Source: a virus
Length of the DNA stretch: 64,000 nt
Direction: 5' to 3' (one strand)
Virus record (IMG/VR): IMGVR_UViG_3300007735_000800
Location: 1 to 64,000 of that record
Shown: piece by piece, positions 16,083 to 25,384 of the stretch
How the letters are laid out: the number at the start of each line of letters is the position of its first letter
Numbering within the stretch: position 1 is the first letter of the stretch
The notes under the pieces: generated by a model
Databases searched by the model: none
Told to the model about the DNA's origin: nothing
What the model saw: the letters and a program-made list of their open reading frames with translations, nothing else
Program-made: the position numbers and the translations under genes

Positions 16083-17030
16083 ATGGCCAACGATATCGAT
16101 GACAACATTATTATTGAAACTGCAGGTCTTACAGCTTCGGTAGCTACTGATGTGGCACAATTTAGCGGAGATACTGCCCACTTTCAAATTGTAAAAATTG
16201 CACATGGAATCGGTGGTACTGCTTCTATGGTATCGAGCACCAGCCCCCTTCCAGTAACAATTGCTGCAGGATTGACTGCCACAATTTCAGGTTTTACCGG
16301 GACAATAAATGTCCAAGGTATTGGTGGAGGTACACCACTCCCAGTAAGTGGGACGATAACTGCAACTGGTTTAACTTCAAGTCCGGTTTATGTAAAAACT
16401 TTTACCGGATCTCAGGTTGAAGTTACGGGAGGAAGACTATACACCACAGCTGATTCAATTTCCGTATACGGACCATCCGGTGCAACTTTTTTATCTGTAA
16501 AGATAGTTGGATCCACTGGTTGGAACATTGGCACCGTAGGTGATGCTCTTAAAGTAAATATATCTGGCGCTACATTTGAGGCAACAATACCCGCAACAGT
16601 TAGTGTTGTTGGAGTTTCTGGTGCAACTGCTGTAAACGTTACTGTTGGTAACACCGTTTGGATAAACAATACGGCAATCACAACTGGAATTACCGATATA
16701 TATTCCCAAGTAGTTGGCCTCAGAACAGATCTTCAAGCTCTTGGCGTTGGTAGACCAACTTCATTTAAGACAGGAAAACTGGCAGCAACTTCTGCAAGTG
16801 CATCGCAAATGGATTCTTCTGGATTTACCTGCCTTGCCGGAATTAATATAAGAGCACTATCAACAAACACAGATTTTATTTATCTTGGAAATACATCTGC
16901 ACTTATAGGAAGTTCTTTTGGATATGCTCTGGATCCTGGAGAAAATGTATTCCTCGATATTCAAAACACAAATAAAATTTACGCAATTTCGAATACTGGA
17001 ACACAAACTATAACATACATGGCTTCATAA
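16083..17030 (+). CDS. Ser/Thr/Gly-rich putative virion structural protein
   Basis: beta-rich composition; C-terminal INIRALSTNTDFIYLG...GYALDPGENVFL domain; CTAAATA plus SD upstream. Confidence 0.6.
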   Translation: MANDIDDNIIIETAGLTASVATDVAQFSGDTAHFQIVKIAHGIGGTASMVSSTSPLPVTIAAGLTATISGFTGTINVQGIGGGTPLPVSGTITATGLTSSPVYVKTFTGSQVEVTGGRLYTTADSISVYGPSGATFLSVKIVGSTGWNIGTVGDALKVNISGATFEATIPATVSVVGVSGATAVNVTVGNTVWINNTAITTGITDIYSQVVGLRTDLQALGVGRPTSFKTGKLAATSASASQMDSSGFTCLAGINIRALSTNTDFIYLGNTSALIGSSFGYALDPGENVFLDIQNTNKIYAISNTGTQTITYMAS

Positions 17031-17031
17031 C

Positions 17032-18348
17032 ATGCCTTCATATGTTTTAAACGCTACTAAAAAATTTCAAAATTATGGTTTAGTTTTGTATGGATCGACA
17101 TATGATCCCGCATTCACACAAGGTTACATACAATCTAAACCAAATGTTTCTGTATTGGGTTCATCTTGTTATATTGATTATTCTGGTACATATTTGACAA
17201 GTGACCTAACCTACTTAACAAAAGTATTTAAAAACACTCCATCGGCAACGGGATTTACGTTTTCTGGTGCAAATTATTACGATCAATCAGCAAATGTTTT
17301 ATTGGATATAAGTGGTTATTTCACTTTAAATCAGATCACCAATAATGATAAATTAATTATTGGAAATATTGTTTCTGGATTTACTTATGCGACTAATTAC
17401 AAATATTTTGATAAATCGAATTTTACATCTATTCCCCAGTTTAGCACAACATATACATCTGGTGCTACCTCTATAAATTATATTTTAAATAATTTAGTAA
17501 ATAATACCAGCAAATCTTTTTTAAATTCCGGCTTTATAGGTTCGGTGTACGGAGAAGAAGAATATGTTGAATTCTCTGGGACAACATCAAACGCTGGAAA
17601 ACTTGTTGTAGATTCTGCAATGGCATTAAAGGATAATAGAGAAGTATTATACGTAGGTGTAACGCTGTCAAATGAAAATTTGGCAACTCAAAATATTACT
17701 GTTACACATTATCTTAGAGGAAATGCTAATCCAGAAATAATAGCAAAAAGCCAAAAACAAATTGGATCTTATGTCATATTTGACAACCAAAATGAATTAT
17801 TTGATTGCTTTGAAAATCAAAATCAATATCAAGCATTTTTAAGATCACAATCATATGATGCTGTTGGTTCCACATTAAATGCTTATTGGGTTCCATGTCT
17901 GTCCTGTGCAAGACTTACCGATAATGGTTTTGATGCCAATGATGCAGATAAATCTTTCTTAATTGATTCTACTGTTCTACTATCAGTAAATCAACAAATA
18001 TCTGCAACATTAAATGGTGATGCCAGTGATTACACCTTATCGTATCTTTATACTCTACAATCAAATTATTCTCAGATAGATTCTTTGGCTGATACATCGG
18101 AAATAACTTTATCTGTGAATAATGGATTTAAACTTGATTTAAGTCATCCAACATTAAAAGGATTTGCTGTAAATGCTTACCTTGATCCAGAACAAAAAGT
18201 TCCTCTCTCATCAAATTATTATTTGATAGGAACTCCGGGATTTGATCAGGCTTCGGTGGTATACAGAAGAAGCACGTTGAGTCCTAAGAAAATTTATTTT
18301 GTTTTTAACGGGCCGGCTGAATTAAGTTTAGAATTATCACTAAATTAA
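17032..18348 (+). CDS. putative virion structural protein
   Basis: coupled to the upstream gene; S/T/N/Y-rich beta-type sequence. Confidence 0.55.
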   Translation: MPSYVLNATKKFQNYGLVLYGSTYDPAFTQGYIQSKPNVSVLGSSCYIDYSGTYLTSDLTYLTKVFKNTPSATGFTFSGANYYDQSANVLLDISGYFTLNQITNNDKLIIGNIVSGFTYATNYKYFDKSNFTSIPQFSTTYTSGATSINYILNNLVNNTSKSFLNSGFIGSVYGEEEYVEFSGTTSNAGKLVVDSAMALKDNREVLYVGVTLSNENLATQNITVTHYLRGNANPEIIAKSQKQIGSYVIFDNQNELFDCFENQNQYQAFLRSQSYDAVGSTLNAYWVPCLSCARLTDNGFDANDADKSFLIDSTVLLSVNQQISATLNGDASDYTLSYLYTLQSNYSQIDSLADTSEITLSVNNGFKLDLSHPTLKGFAVNAYLDPEQKVPLSSNYYLIGTPGFDQASVVYRRSTLSPKKIYFVFNGPAELSLELSLN

Positions 18349-18374
18349 AAACCCCCTTATCACTAAGGGGGTTT
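18349..18374. terminator. terminator between convergent genes
   Basis: aaaccccctta-tcac-taagggggttt. Confidence 0.75.
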
Positions 18375-18397
18375 CAGGTAAATTATATTATCTAGTG

Positions 18398-18634
18398 TCA
18401 GCGACTGCGATTGCGGACAATTCGATAATATGAACGTCCATTTCGGGGCTCACGAACCACTGCGTAGTTCATATCAAAACGATCAAAAGCCTCTCTAAGA
18501 TCGTGCATTGTTGCACGCATGTTTCCTACACGGAAACGCTTTCTGGCTTCACCTGCAGTTAGCGTGTTGCCACTGCGCATGTAATCAAAAACTCTCTGAA
18601 TCTTAGTAGGACGGTCAACTGTAGTAATTTCCAT
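18398..18634 (-). CDS. winged helix-turn-helix DNA-binding protein
   Basis: VFDYMRSGNTLTAGEARKRFRVGNMRATMHDLR pattern; SD aagga. Confidence 0.7.
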   Translation of the reverse strand: MEITTVDRPTKIQRVFDYMRSGNTLTAGEARKRFRVGNMRATMHDLREAFDRFDMNYAVVREPRNGRSYYRIVRNRSR

Positions 18635-18728
18635 ATAAATTTCCTTTCTTATAAGAAGTTGCTATATATTAGCACCTGATACTTGACTGTCAAGCAATTC
18701 CCTAAATAATACTGACTGAGGAGGCCCT

Positions 18729-19328
18729 ATGGCTCATAGCAATCGTCAGTTCGTAAAATTTGTGAGATCCCATCTTGCAGAATACGGTATGAAACTTATT
18801 ATTGGCCGTGGAAAGCATGTAAATACAGATGGTTTCCGTTGTTCTGGTTATTTTGATGAGTACGGGAGAACAATTGCGGTTGCTAAAAAATCTAATGAAT
18901 TTATGCAAGTTTTAGTGCATGAATATTGTCATTTTTTACAATATATAAACAATTCTAGAATTTATAAAAAGTGTTATGATGCGTCTTTTATCGTAGATCA
19001 ATGGCTAAAAGGCAAAAATTATCCTATCAAAAAGGTAAAAAGAGCATTTTTCTTGGTAAGAGCCATGGAAAGAGACTGTGAAAGACGCGCTTTAAAAATT
19101 ATTAAAGATTTTAATCTTAAAATTGACAGTAAAATGTACGCAAAACGCGCACATGTATACATTTATAGCCATTTTTTGATGGAAAAAACCAGAAAATTTG
19201 ATTCTTTTAAGAGAAATCCATACTATAGCAAGTATGTTCTCAAAATTATGCCATCAAACATGGCGGTTTTAAGCCACAAATCTATTCCACCAAAAATTTA
19301 TTCTATGCTAGAGTCTTTTACGATCTGA
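18729..19328 (+). CDS. HExxH zincin-like metallopeptidase-fold protein
   Basis: VLVHEYCHFLQ ... AMERDCE. Confidence 0.65.
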   Translation: MAHSNRQFVKFVRSHLAEYGMKLIIGRGKHVNTDGFRCSGYFDEYGRTIAVAKKSNEFMQVLVHEYCHFLQYINNSRIYKKCYDASFIVDQWLKGKNYPIKKVKRAFFLVRAMERDCERRALKIIKDFNLKIDSKMYAKRAHVYIYSHFLMEKTRKFDSFKRNPYYSKYVLKIMPSNMAVLSHKSIPPKIYSMLESFTI

Positions 19329-19666
19329 GACTTTAGATATTTTGGTGTAAATTTTACAATCTCTTCATTTCCATATGGCCATCTGTCGTGTTTTGACATG
19401 AACCCATAGTGTATCAACGCGTCTACATGTTCATCTAGCATGTCTAGAGTTACCTGATCAATATAGTGCTTGAAGTTTCCATCCAATTCTATTGGATTTA
19501 GATCCTTGCAGTTTTTGTATTCTGCAACGGCAAGATCAGAAACTTTTGCGAGATTTCCAAGGACTTCAAGAGACTTGGCGCATTGAAAAAAAAGATCCTT
19601 TTTGACAGGATCTTCTTCTTTGCGAGCCAAGTTTCTTATTTCGTAAACTAGCTCAGGGATTTTCAT
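19298..19666 (-). CDS. hypothetical protein
   Basis: ORF in minus-strand gene run with SD ggag. Confidence 0.65.
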   Translation of the reverse strand: MKIPELVYEIRNLARKEEDPVKKDLFFQCAKSLEVLGNLAKVSDLAVAEYKNCKDLNPIELDGNFKHYIDQVTLDMLDEHVDALIHYGFMSKHDRWPYGNEEIVKFTPKYLKSQIVKDSSIE

Positions 19667-19676
19667 TCGTAACTCC

Positions 19677-20039
19677 TTACGTTAGCGTGAGGAGGTACTT
19701 GGTCTTTTGTACCAAACCAAGCATCTCATCTCTAATATTTAACAATGCTGTTTGGTCATTCCCTACTTCTTTTGTAACTTCATTCATCAAATATTCTTCA
19801 AGTGAATCTAAAACTTTTTGTGGTGTTGTTTTTCCTGGACCATTAAATTGCAAAGAGTTTATTTGGCTTACTTCTTGTTTTCCAAATACTCCCATATAAG
19901 TCTCAGCAAATGTGTCTAGAAGATCATCTAGGCCCTCATAAGCGCCACCCAATGCTTGATGTGCAGCATATGATTGCGTTCCCCAGTGATGAAGGCGAAG
20001 TTCGTTTTGAAAATTTAATATTTTTTGAATACAGGCCAT
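19677..20039 (-). CDS. Dps/ferritin-like four-helix protein (DUF5856-like)
   Basis: LHHWGTQSYAAHQALGGAYEGLDDLLDTFAETYMG; LLNIRDEML. Confidence 0.75.
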   Translation of the reverse strand: MACIQKILNFQNELRLHHWGTQSYAAHQALGGAYEGLDDLLDTFAETYMGVFGKQEVSQINSLQFNGPGKTTPQKVLDSLEEYLMNEVTKEVGNDQTALLNIRDEMLGLVQKTKYLLTLT

Positions 20040-20041
20040 TT

Positions 20042-20242
20042 TTATTCCTTGTGTAGTTGTGTTATTGCTATAAAATCCATTGGAACATCTTCTTTGTTTT
20101 TTGCTGCTCTTTTCTTTGCTCTTTTAAAGTCAGCTTCTGTCAATAGAAGAGGTGTTGCATTTCCTTTAGAATCTATATGGGCTACAAAATAATAGTAAGC
20201 ACTTTCTGTTGGCTTTCTATTTTTATTTTTTTGTCTTCCCAT
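20042..20242 (-). CDS. small basic hypothetical protein
   Basis: CATAAATA 5 nt upstream of ATG. Confidence 0.65.
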   Translation of the reverse strand: MGRQKNKNRKPTESAYYYFVAHIDSKGNATPLLLTEADFKRAKKRAAKNKEDVPMDFIAITQLHKE

Positions 20243-20250
20243 AAAAATAT

Positions 20251-20814
20251 TTATGTATTGTTTCCATTAATTAAAAAATCTTTTAAAGATGAGGCCATTC
20301 CAGTAATTGAATTTTTTAAATCTTTAATATTAAATCCAGTACCGTTCTCCATTCCAAATTTTCCTTTTGGACATGTTATCTTTGGCATGTAGAGTTTTTC
20401 TGATAAGGCTGCTCTAGGATTTCCAACAGAACAACCACATCCACCAGTACACCATCCAATTGAATCTTTATTATCTTTATTTTTTAAGTATTCACAAGAT
20501 AGACAAATATCTTTTCTTTTTTGGAAAATAGATTCATCTACCTTTCCTTCTGTTATCTGTGATGTTTCGGCTTTTATATATGAAGTTACTTTTTCTTTTA
20601 ATTTTGGTGCCTTCACCTTTTCTTCTTTTATTTCTTCAGGGTATGGAGTTCTGCTTGGACATTTTATACAATAAAATGCAGTCGGGCTCTCAGTTAAATT
20701 TAAATCGCATTTTGTTTTGCATTGATCTTTATCTATTGACCAATGCTTACAATTGAATTCCGCTATTCTTATTGTTTTTCCGGTGCAAGTAAAAGTTTTA
20801 TTTGTACTAAACAT
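20251..20814 (-). CDS. two-domain Cys-rich protein
   Basis: N-domain C..C...C..C..CIKC; C-domain KRKDICLSC...CTGGCGC...KITCPKGKF. Confidence 0.7.
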   Translation of the reverse strand: MFSTNKTFTCTGKTIRIAEFNCKHWSIDKDQCKTKCDLNLTESPTAFYCIKCPSRTPYPEEIKEEKVKAPKLKEKVTSYIKAETSQITEGKVDESIFQKRKDICLSCEYLKNKDNKDSIGWCTGGCGCSVGNPRAALSEKLYMPKITCPKGKFGMENGTGFNIKDLKNSITGMASSLKDFLINGNNT

Positions 20815-20815
20815 G

Positions 20816-23488
20816 TTAAAATATATTGAAGGTAAATGAGGTCACATTGTCTTGACATACTGTTGTTGCATTTGGTAGATCAGTATCTTGACACGGTGTA
20901 CAAAGTCCAGCTGGCCAGACACACCAGTTGTATGATGCACTACCATCTGTTTGGTCACAATCAATTCTAACTTTACATAGATAAGTTGGATCGGCAGTTC
21001 CAACTGTGTCGCTAACATATCCACAACGACTTATCCAAGGTCCCCAATGAGAATTTAAGTTTGAATAACTTTCTTCCCAATCCCATTGAGATATTCTTGA
21101 TTCTGTATATCTTTCAGCATACGATCCAACATTTGGCAATTCCTTCGCGTCTACAAATGCCGATACAGTTTGCTTTAAATGATATCCAAGTGGAGTTACA
21201 TAAAATTTTACAATTGCTGTGGGGTTATCTACTGTTCCACCCAAACTATACTCCGGAGTTGCCCAGTCAATATAATCACCACCACAGTTATAAGAGTTTT
21301 CTTTCCTTCTGCTATACCAAACTTTTGCATTTGCTTCCATTGTGAATGGAGCGCCCATTGAATTGAATGCACTGGCAATTTTTGATAATTTTAATGCTTT
21401 TGATTCATCTATTTTTACAATATATCCAGCTTCTGGAAAATTTCCATTTGTTGCACACATACTAATGTTGGTATACCCATCTGGTGTAGGATAAAAAACT
21501 GGTAAAGGTATACCTGAGGGATTTGTTATGTCAAAATTTGGTGGGAGACATTGATAAGTTATCGTAAGACCTACTTGTCTTTCATTTTCTAATAGCGCTT
21601 CTGCTTGGTAATCAGGTGGATGTGAAGACAGATTATAAGTTATATTTTTAGAACCATCTAATACTGGGTCTACAGGCAATCCCATAGGGGCACTGTACCC
21701 AAGATCGCTGAAATATGTTGTCAAGATACCAGACATAGATATGTCTTGTCTTCGGCCAGTCGGAATACATCTTCCACCAGATATTTCTGTACATGGAAAG
21801 CTATTCCACCATTCCGCAACACACGTTTCACCAGTAAAAATAAAATTTAAACAATCTGGTTCAACTATACAACATTTTTCATATACATCAGGTTCTACAA
21901 TCCTTGTGCATTGGTTGGTCGTATTGCTGCACAAATCTGAAATATATTCATTCCACGTATTTACTCCATTTGGCAATTGTGTATATACCGGTTCTACACA
22001 TATTTTTTTTGCATTTAAAGATTCTAGAGTGGTTCCCCATTCAAACCATCCCGGTTGAATTTTACTTATTAAATAATAATACCCCCTGTATATTCCTATA
22101 TAAATATCAGGATAATCCTCTAGTTTATCCGGATCACAGCAAATAACATTTTGTGGTGCTTCATCGCATCCACATGATGCACAAAAACCAGGAACTTTAC
22201 ACTGTCTTGTTCCAAAAAGATAACGACAGCAGGGGGAATAAAATCCACCGATACCACCACCGTAAAGCGCATTATATGCATCACATAGAGCACCCTCTCC
22301 ACCAGTACACTCTCCAAAAGGAGCCCATTTTATATCTTCTGGCATAGTGTTTGGGTCATCGCTTTTAAAAACAGATTCGCATGTTTCTGGGCATGTTCCA
22401 GGAATTAATAAGTATGATTCTCCACCCAAAGTAAAAGTAATACCATAAACACGAAAACCAGATGGATCTGGACCAGCTTGGTCTATCAAGTAATCGTATT
22501 GTGCTTGATTTAAGCATAAAAATAACGGACCTGTTGGGACATCGTTTATAGCATCTCCACATGGACACCAACGATCTATCCAATAAGCGACTACTTCACC
22601 ACCCAATCCAGATGGATTCGTATTTTCTATTCCTCCTGGTTGACCATTTTGTTTTGCACCAGATTTTCTGTTTCCTCCGAATCCGGCGTATCTGGATATA
22701 AATGGATTACACATAGCCCCGGGACCATCATCGGAACCATCAAATGCATACTTTATTCTGTTTAAATTTTGAGTACTAGATCCGCCACCACCACCAGAAG
22801 AATCTCCACCGCCACCTCCACCAAACTTACCACCACCACCACCACCGCCCAAACCAAGATTAAATGGTGTTTGAGTTTGAAATGCACCTCTACCGCCCCT
22901 TGTTACATTTCCAGCAGTTGCATTTCCACCACCAGGAGCTCCTGGAGAAGTTTGTGAAGCGCCTTTGCCTCCATTTAAACCTGAACCAATTACTCCAGAG
23001 GTAATTCCTCCATGACCACCATATCCCACCACGCCTCTTCCAGAACCACCACCACCAGCCACAATCGCTCCAGAATGGCTCGTTGCGGTAGCATTGATTC
23101 CCAGTACACTTCCACCTCCACCCATCCCAGCGGTCGTATACGCAACACCACCGCCAGCATATCCTGTTGAATTTTGTCCGGTATTTCCTGCAGTACCACC
23201 TGCACCGGCTAAAATTTTATAATTTAATTGGGCATTTATTTTATATTCTGCGTATGCTGCATTACCACCTTTAGATGCAGTATTGCTGTTGGCCCCACCA
23301 CCACCGCCACGAGAAATATATAAAACATCACGAGAGCTATCAAAATTACCATTTACGTTTGGTCTATTTAAAAGATTTGGAAATATGGTAGTTGAGGAAT
23401 TGTTGGATATGACTATAGTTGCAAACGCCTTGCATGGAATAGCTATATAAGTTCCACCAGGCTCACAGCAACATGCTTTTTTAGTCAT
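20816..23488 (-). CDS. large Gly-rich and Cys-rich putative tail fibre / receptor-binding protein
   Basis: MTKKACCC start; GGGGG repeats of glycine-rich domain type; about 39 Cys; TATAAATA at 23504-23511 plus SD. Confidence 0.65.
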   Translation of the reverse strand: MTKKACCCEPGGTYIAIPCKAFATIVISNNSSTTIFPNLLNRPNVNGNFDSSRDVLYISRGGGGGANSNTASKGGNAAYAEYKINAQLNYKILAGAGGTAGNTGQNSTGYAGGGVAYTTAGMGGGGSVLGINATATSHSGAIVAGGGGSGRGVVGYGGHGGITSGVIGSGLNGGKGASQTSPGAPGGGNATAGNVTRGGRGAFQTQTPFNLGLGGGGGGGKFGGGGGGDSSGGGGGSSTQNLNRIKYAFDGSDDGPGAMCNPFISRYAGFGGNRKSGAKQNGQPGGIENTNPSGLGGEVVAYWIDRWCPCGDAINDVPTGPLFLCLNQAQYDYLIDQAGPDPSGFRVYGITFTLGGESYLLIPGTCPETCESVFKSDDPNTMPEDIKWAPFGECTGGEGALCDAYNALYGGGIGGFYSPCCRYLFGTRQCKVPGFCASCGCDEAPQNVICCDPDKLEDYPDIYIGIYRGYYYLISKIQPGWFEWGTTLESLNAKKICVEPVYTQLPNGVNTWNEYISDLCSNTTNQCTRIVEPDVYEKCCIVEPDCLNFIFTGETCVAEWWNSFPCTEISGGRCIPTGRRQDISMSGILTTYFSDLGYSAPMGLPVDPVLDGSKNITYNLSSHPPDYQAEALLENERQVGLTITYQCLPPNFDITNPSGIPLPVFYPTPDGYTNISMCATNGNFPEAGYIVKIDESKALKLSKIASAFNSMGAPFTMEANAKVWYSRRKENSYNCGGDYIDWATPEYSLGGTVDNPTAIVKFYVTPLGYHLKQTVSAFVDAKELPNVGSYAERYTESRISQWDWEESYSNLNSHWGPWISRCGYVSDTVGTADPTYLCKVRIDCDQTDGSASYNWCVWPAGLCTPCQDTDLPNATTVCQDNVTSFTFNIF

Positions 23489-23506
23489 TCAAAATCCTCA
23501 TTTTAT

Positions 23507-23881
23507 TTATAGCACTTGAAGTCCTTCATCATTTGTGTAATAAATTTTATGAAACGCTTCATTACACCATTTTGCACAAATAGGACAGGGCTTTGAATTT
23601 CTAAATTCACCAAATCTATTAAATCTAAAATTCAATAGAATTAATTTTTCACCACGCAAGTTGTCTGGAACTTTTCTATATGCATCCAATTCAGAATGCA
23701 TATCAGGAGTTCTATATCCCAACTTTATTGTGTCGGGATGAGTTTTAAAAATATTTTGACCAATGGATATAATTTTTTTCTTGTATATTACAAGAGAAAT
23801 ATGCTTTTTTTGCCTTTCCATGGCCATAGAAAGTGGCTTGGCAATTGGCAAATAATTTTCAATAACGGATTCTATTTTCAT
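23507..23881 (-). CDS. cytidine/dCMP deaminase-fold protein
   Basis: HSE...PCPIC zinc motif. Confidence 0.75.
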   Translation of the reverse strand: MKIESVIENYLPIAKPLSMAMERQKKHISLVIYKKKIISIGQNIFKTHPDTIKLGYRTPDMHSELDAYRKVPDNLRGEKLILLNFRFNRFGEFRNSKPCPICAKWCNEAFHKIYYTNDEGLQVL

Positions 23882-24189
23882 TAGTCACTAAGCTTCAACT
23901 TAGACGTTGAATCGAGCTTCTTTGTTGGAGTCACAAGACCACTATTCAAACTTGAATCATATTGTTCTTTTAGTTCATCCAAAGCCTCAACTGAGAAAGC
24001 AATGAATGTTTTTGGAATTTGAACTCCCTTGGATACTTTAGTGTATATCATCCAAGGCATAAGTCCAATTTGTCCCTGTCGCATTGGAACTAAAATTGCA
24101 GGATCTTTTAGAATTACATGAGTGTCCGTTTCTTCAAATCTTGATAAGATCTCTTCACCAGAATTTAATCTAAATATTTTTACATTCAT
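23881..24189 (-). CDS. conserved Sm-like-fold phage protein
   Basis: KIFRLNSGEEILS...LKDPAIL...LMPW pattern. Confidence 0.6.
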   Translation of the reverse strand: MNVKIFRLNSGEEILSRFEETDTHVILKDPAILVPMRQGQIGLMPWMIYTKVSKGVQIPKTFIAFSVEALDELKEQYDSSLNSGLVTPTKKLDSTSKLKLSD

Positions 24190-24249
24190 AATAGTTCCTT
24201 TGTTTCAAAGAATATAATACACTTTTTAATAATAGCAAGAATTAATACC

Positions 24250-24924
24250 ATGAAATCATTTAAACAATTTTTAATAGAACAATCTCAAAATCAGCAGATT
24301 AAATGTGATATAAATGGTATATGTAAGATTATTAGACAATATGAATCGGGTGGTAATGAAACAAAAATACTTTCAAGATATCTTGACAGTAAAGATCTTC
24401 CAACAATAGGACATGGACATTTAATTACTCCAGAATCTGAACAAATTTTTTCTGACGTTTTTCCGGCAGAACACCAATCAGATCCTGATTTTGGCAAAAA
24501 AGTTCTTTCAGGACAAGCATCACTAACTCCAGCTCAAGTTGAGACATTATTTGCCAGAGATGTTCAAGTTCGTCTTCCCAGTGTTGTAAAAATAATTCCA
24601 AATTTTAATTCAATGACTTCTGAACTACAAGGAGAACTTGTATCAGAATACTTTAGAGGTATGTTAGGCAAATCACCAAAAGCAGTAGAATTAATAAATC
24701 AAAATAAATTTGATGAAGCTGCTACAGAATACATAAATGCATCGGAATACCGTGAAGCCAAAAAAGAAAAATCAAAAAATCGCGGAATAGGAATTCGCAT
24801 GGATAATTTGGCAAATGCCCTTAAAACGGAATTGCAACGTCGCAAGGAACGTCAGCAGTCTTCGCAACCCACCAATCAGGCTCCTCCGAATAACTCCACT
24901 TCGCAAAACGCACCTTCTCGTTAA
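24250..24924 (+). CDS. T4-type (GH24) lysozyme with capsid-targeting-like N-terminus
   Basis: IRQYESG...RYLDSKDLPTIGHGHLI catalytic E/D/T region; N-terminal MKSFKQFLIE. Confidence 0.75.
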   Translation: MKSFKQFLIEQSQNQQIKCDINGICKIIRQYESGGNETKILSRYLDSKDLPTIGHGHLITPESEQIFSDVFPAEHQSDPDFGKKVLSGQASLTPAQVETLFARDVQVRLPSVVKIIPNFNSMTSELQGELVSEYFRGMLGKSPKAVELINQNKFDEAATEYINASEYREAKKEKSKNRGIGIRMDNLANALKTELQRRKERQQSSQPTNQAPPNNSTSQNAPSR

Positions 24925-25384
24925 GGTAATACTTTCTATACGCAACAACAGCGTTGCTATCTTTATATTGATCTGGCATTGCTTGAGCAAAGGGAGTCAA
25001 GGACCCCTTTGGGATATTAACAGGAATATCATAAAGTTCATCCAAAAGCATTTGCTCCATAACATGAACTTTATTGTATCTACGGGTATACTCTTTGCAA
25101 AGAGCATATGCATGTCTCCAAAGCCACATGTAATTGGCCTTTGTCTCTCTGGCCCAAATAGTGCATGGGTGATTAACCATCGTAGCCTTGCAGATATTTT
25201 TCTTCGTACAAATAAATGTCTTGTATTTTCTCTTACCAGTATTGACCTCAAGAGGATCGCCATCCAAAACATGGTGTGCGGTAGAAAGCAACTGGCAAGA
25301 TTCAAGAATCATCTTGACGACATGTTTATCGCACATCATTCGGGCAGAAGTTGCAGCGTCACTGTCAAGTACAAAAATATTCAT
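24821..25384 (-). CDS. denV: pyrimidine-dimer DNA glycosylase (DenV-like family)
   Basis: MNIFVLD....ARMMCDKHVVKMILESCQLLSTAH; NHPCTIWAR; YRKYY..EK..FAKW. Confidence 0.8.
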   Translation of the reverse strand: MNIFVLDSDAATSARMMCDKHVVKMILESCQLLSTAHHVLDGDPLEVNTGKRKYKTFICTKKNICKATMVNHPCTIWARETKANYMWLWRHAYALCKEYTRRYNKVHVMEQMLLDELYDIPVNIPKGSLTPFAQAMPDQYKDSNAVVAYRKYYLNEKVRFAKWSYSEEPDWWVAKTADVPCDVAIPF

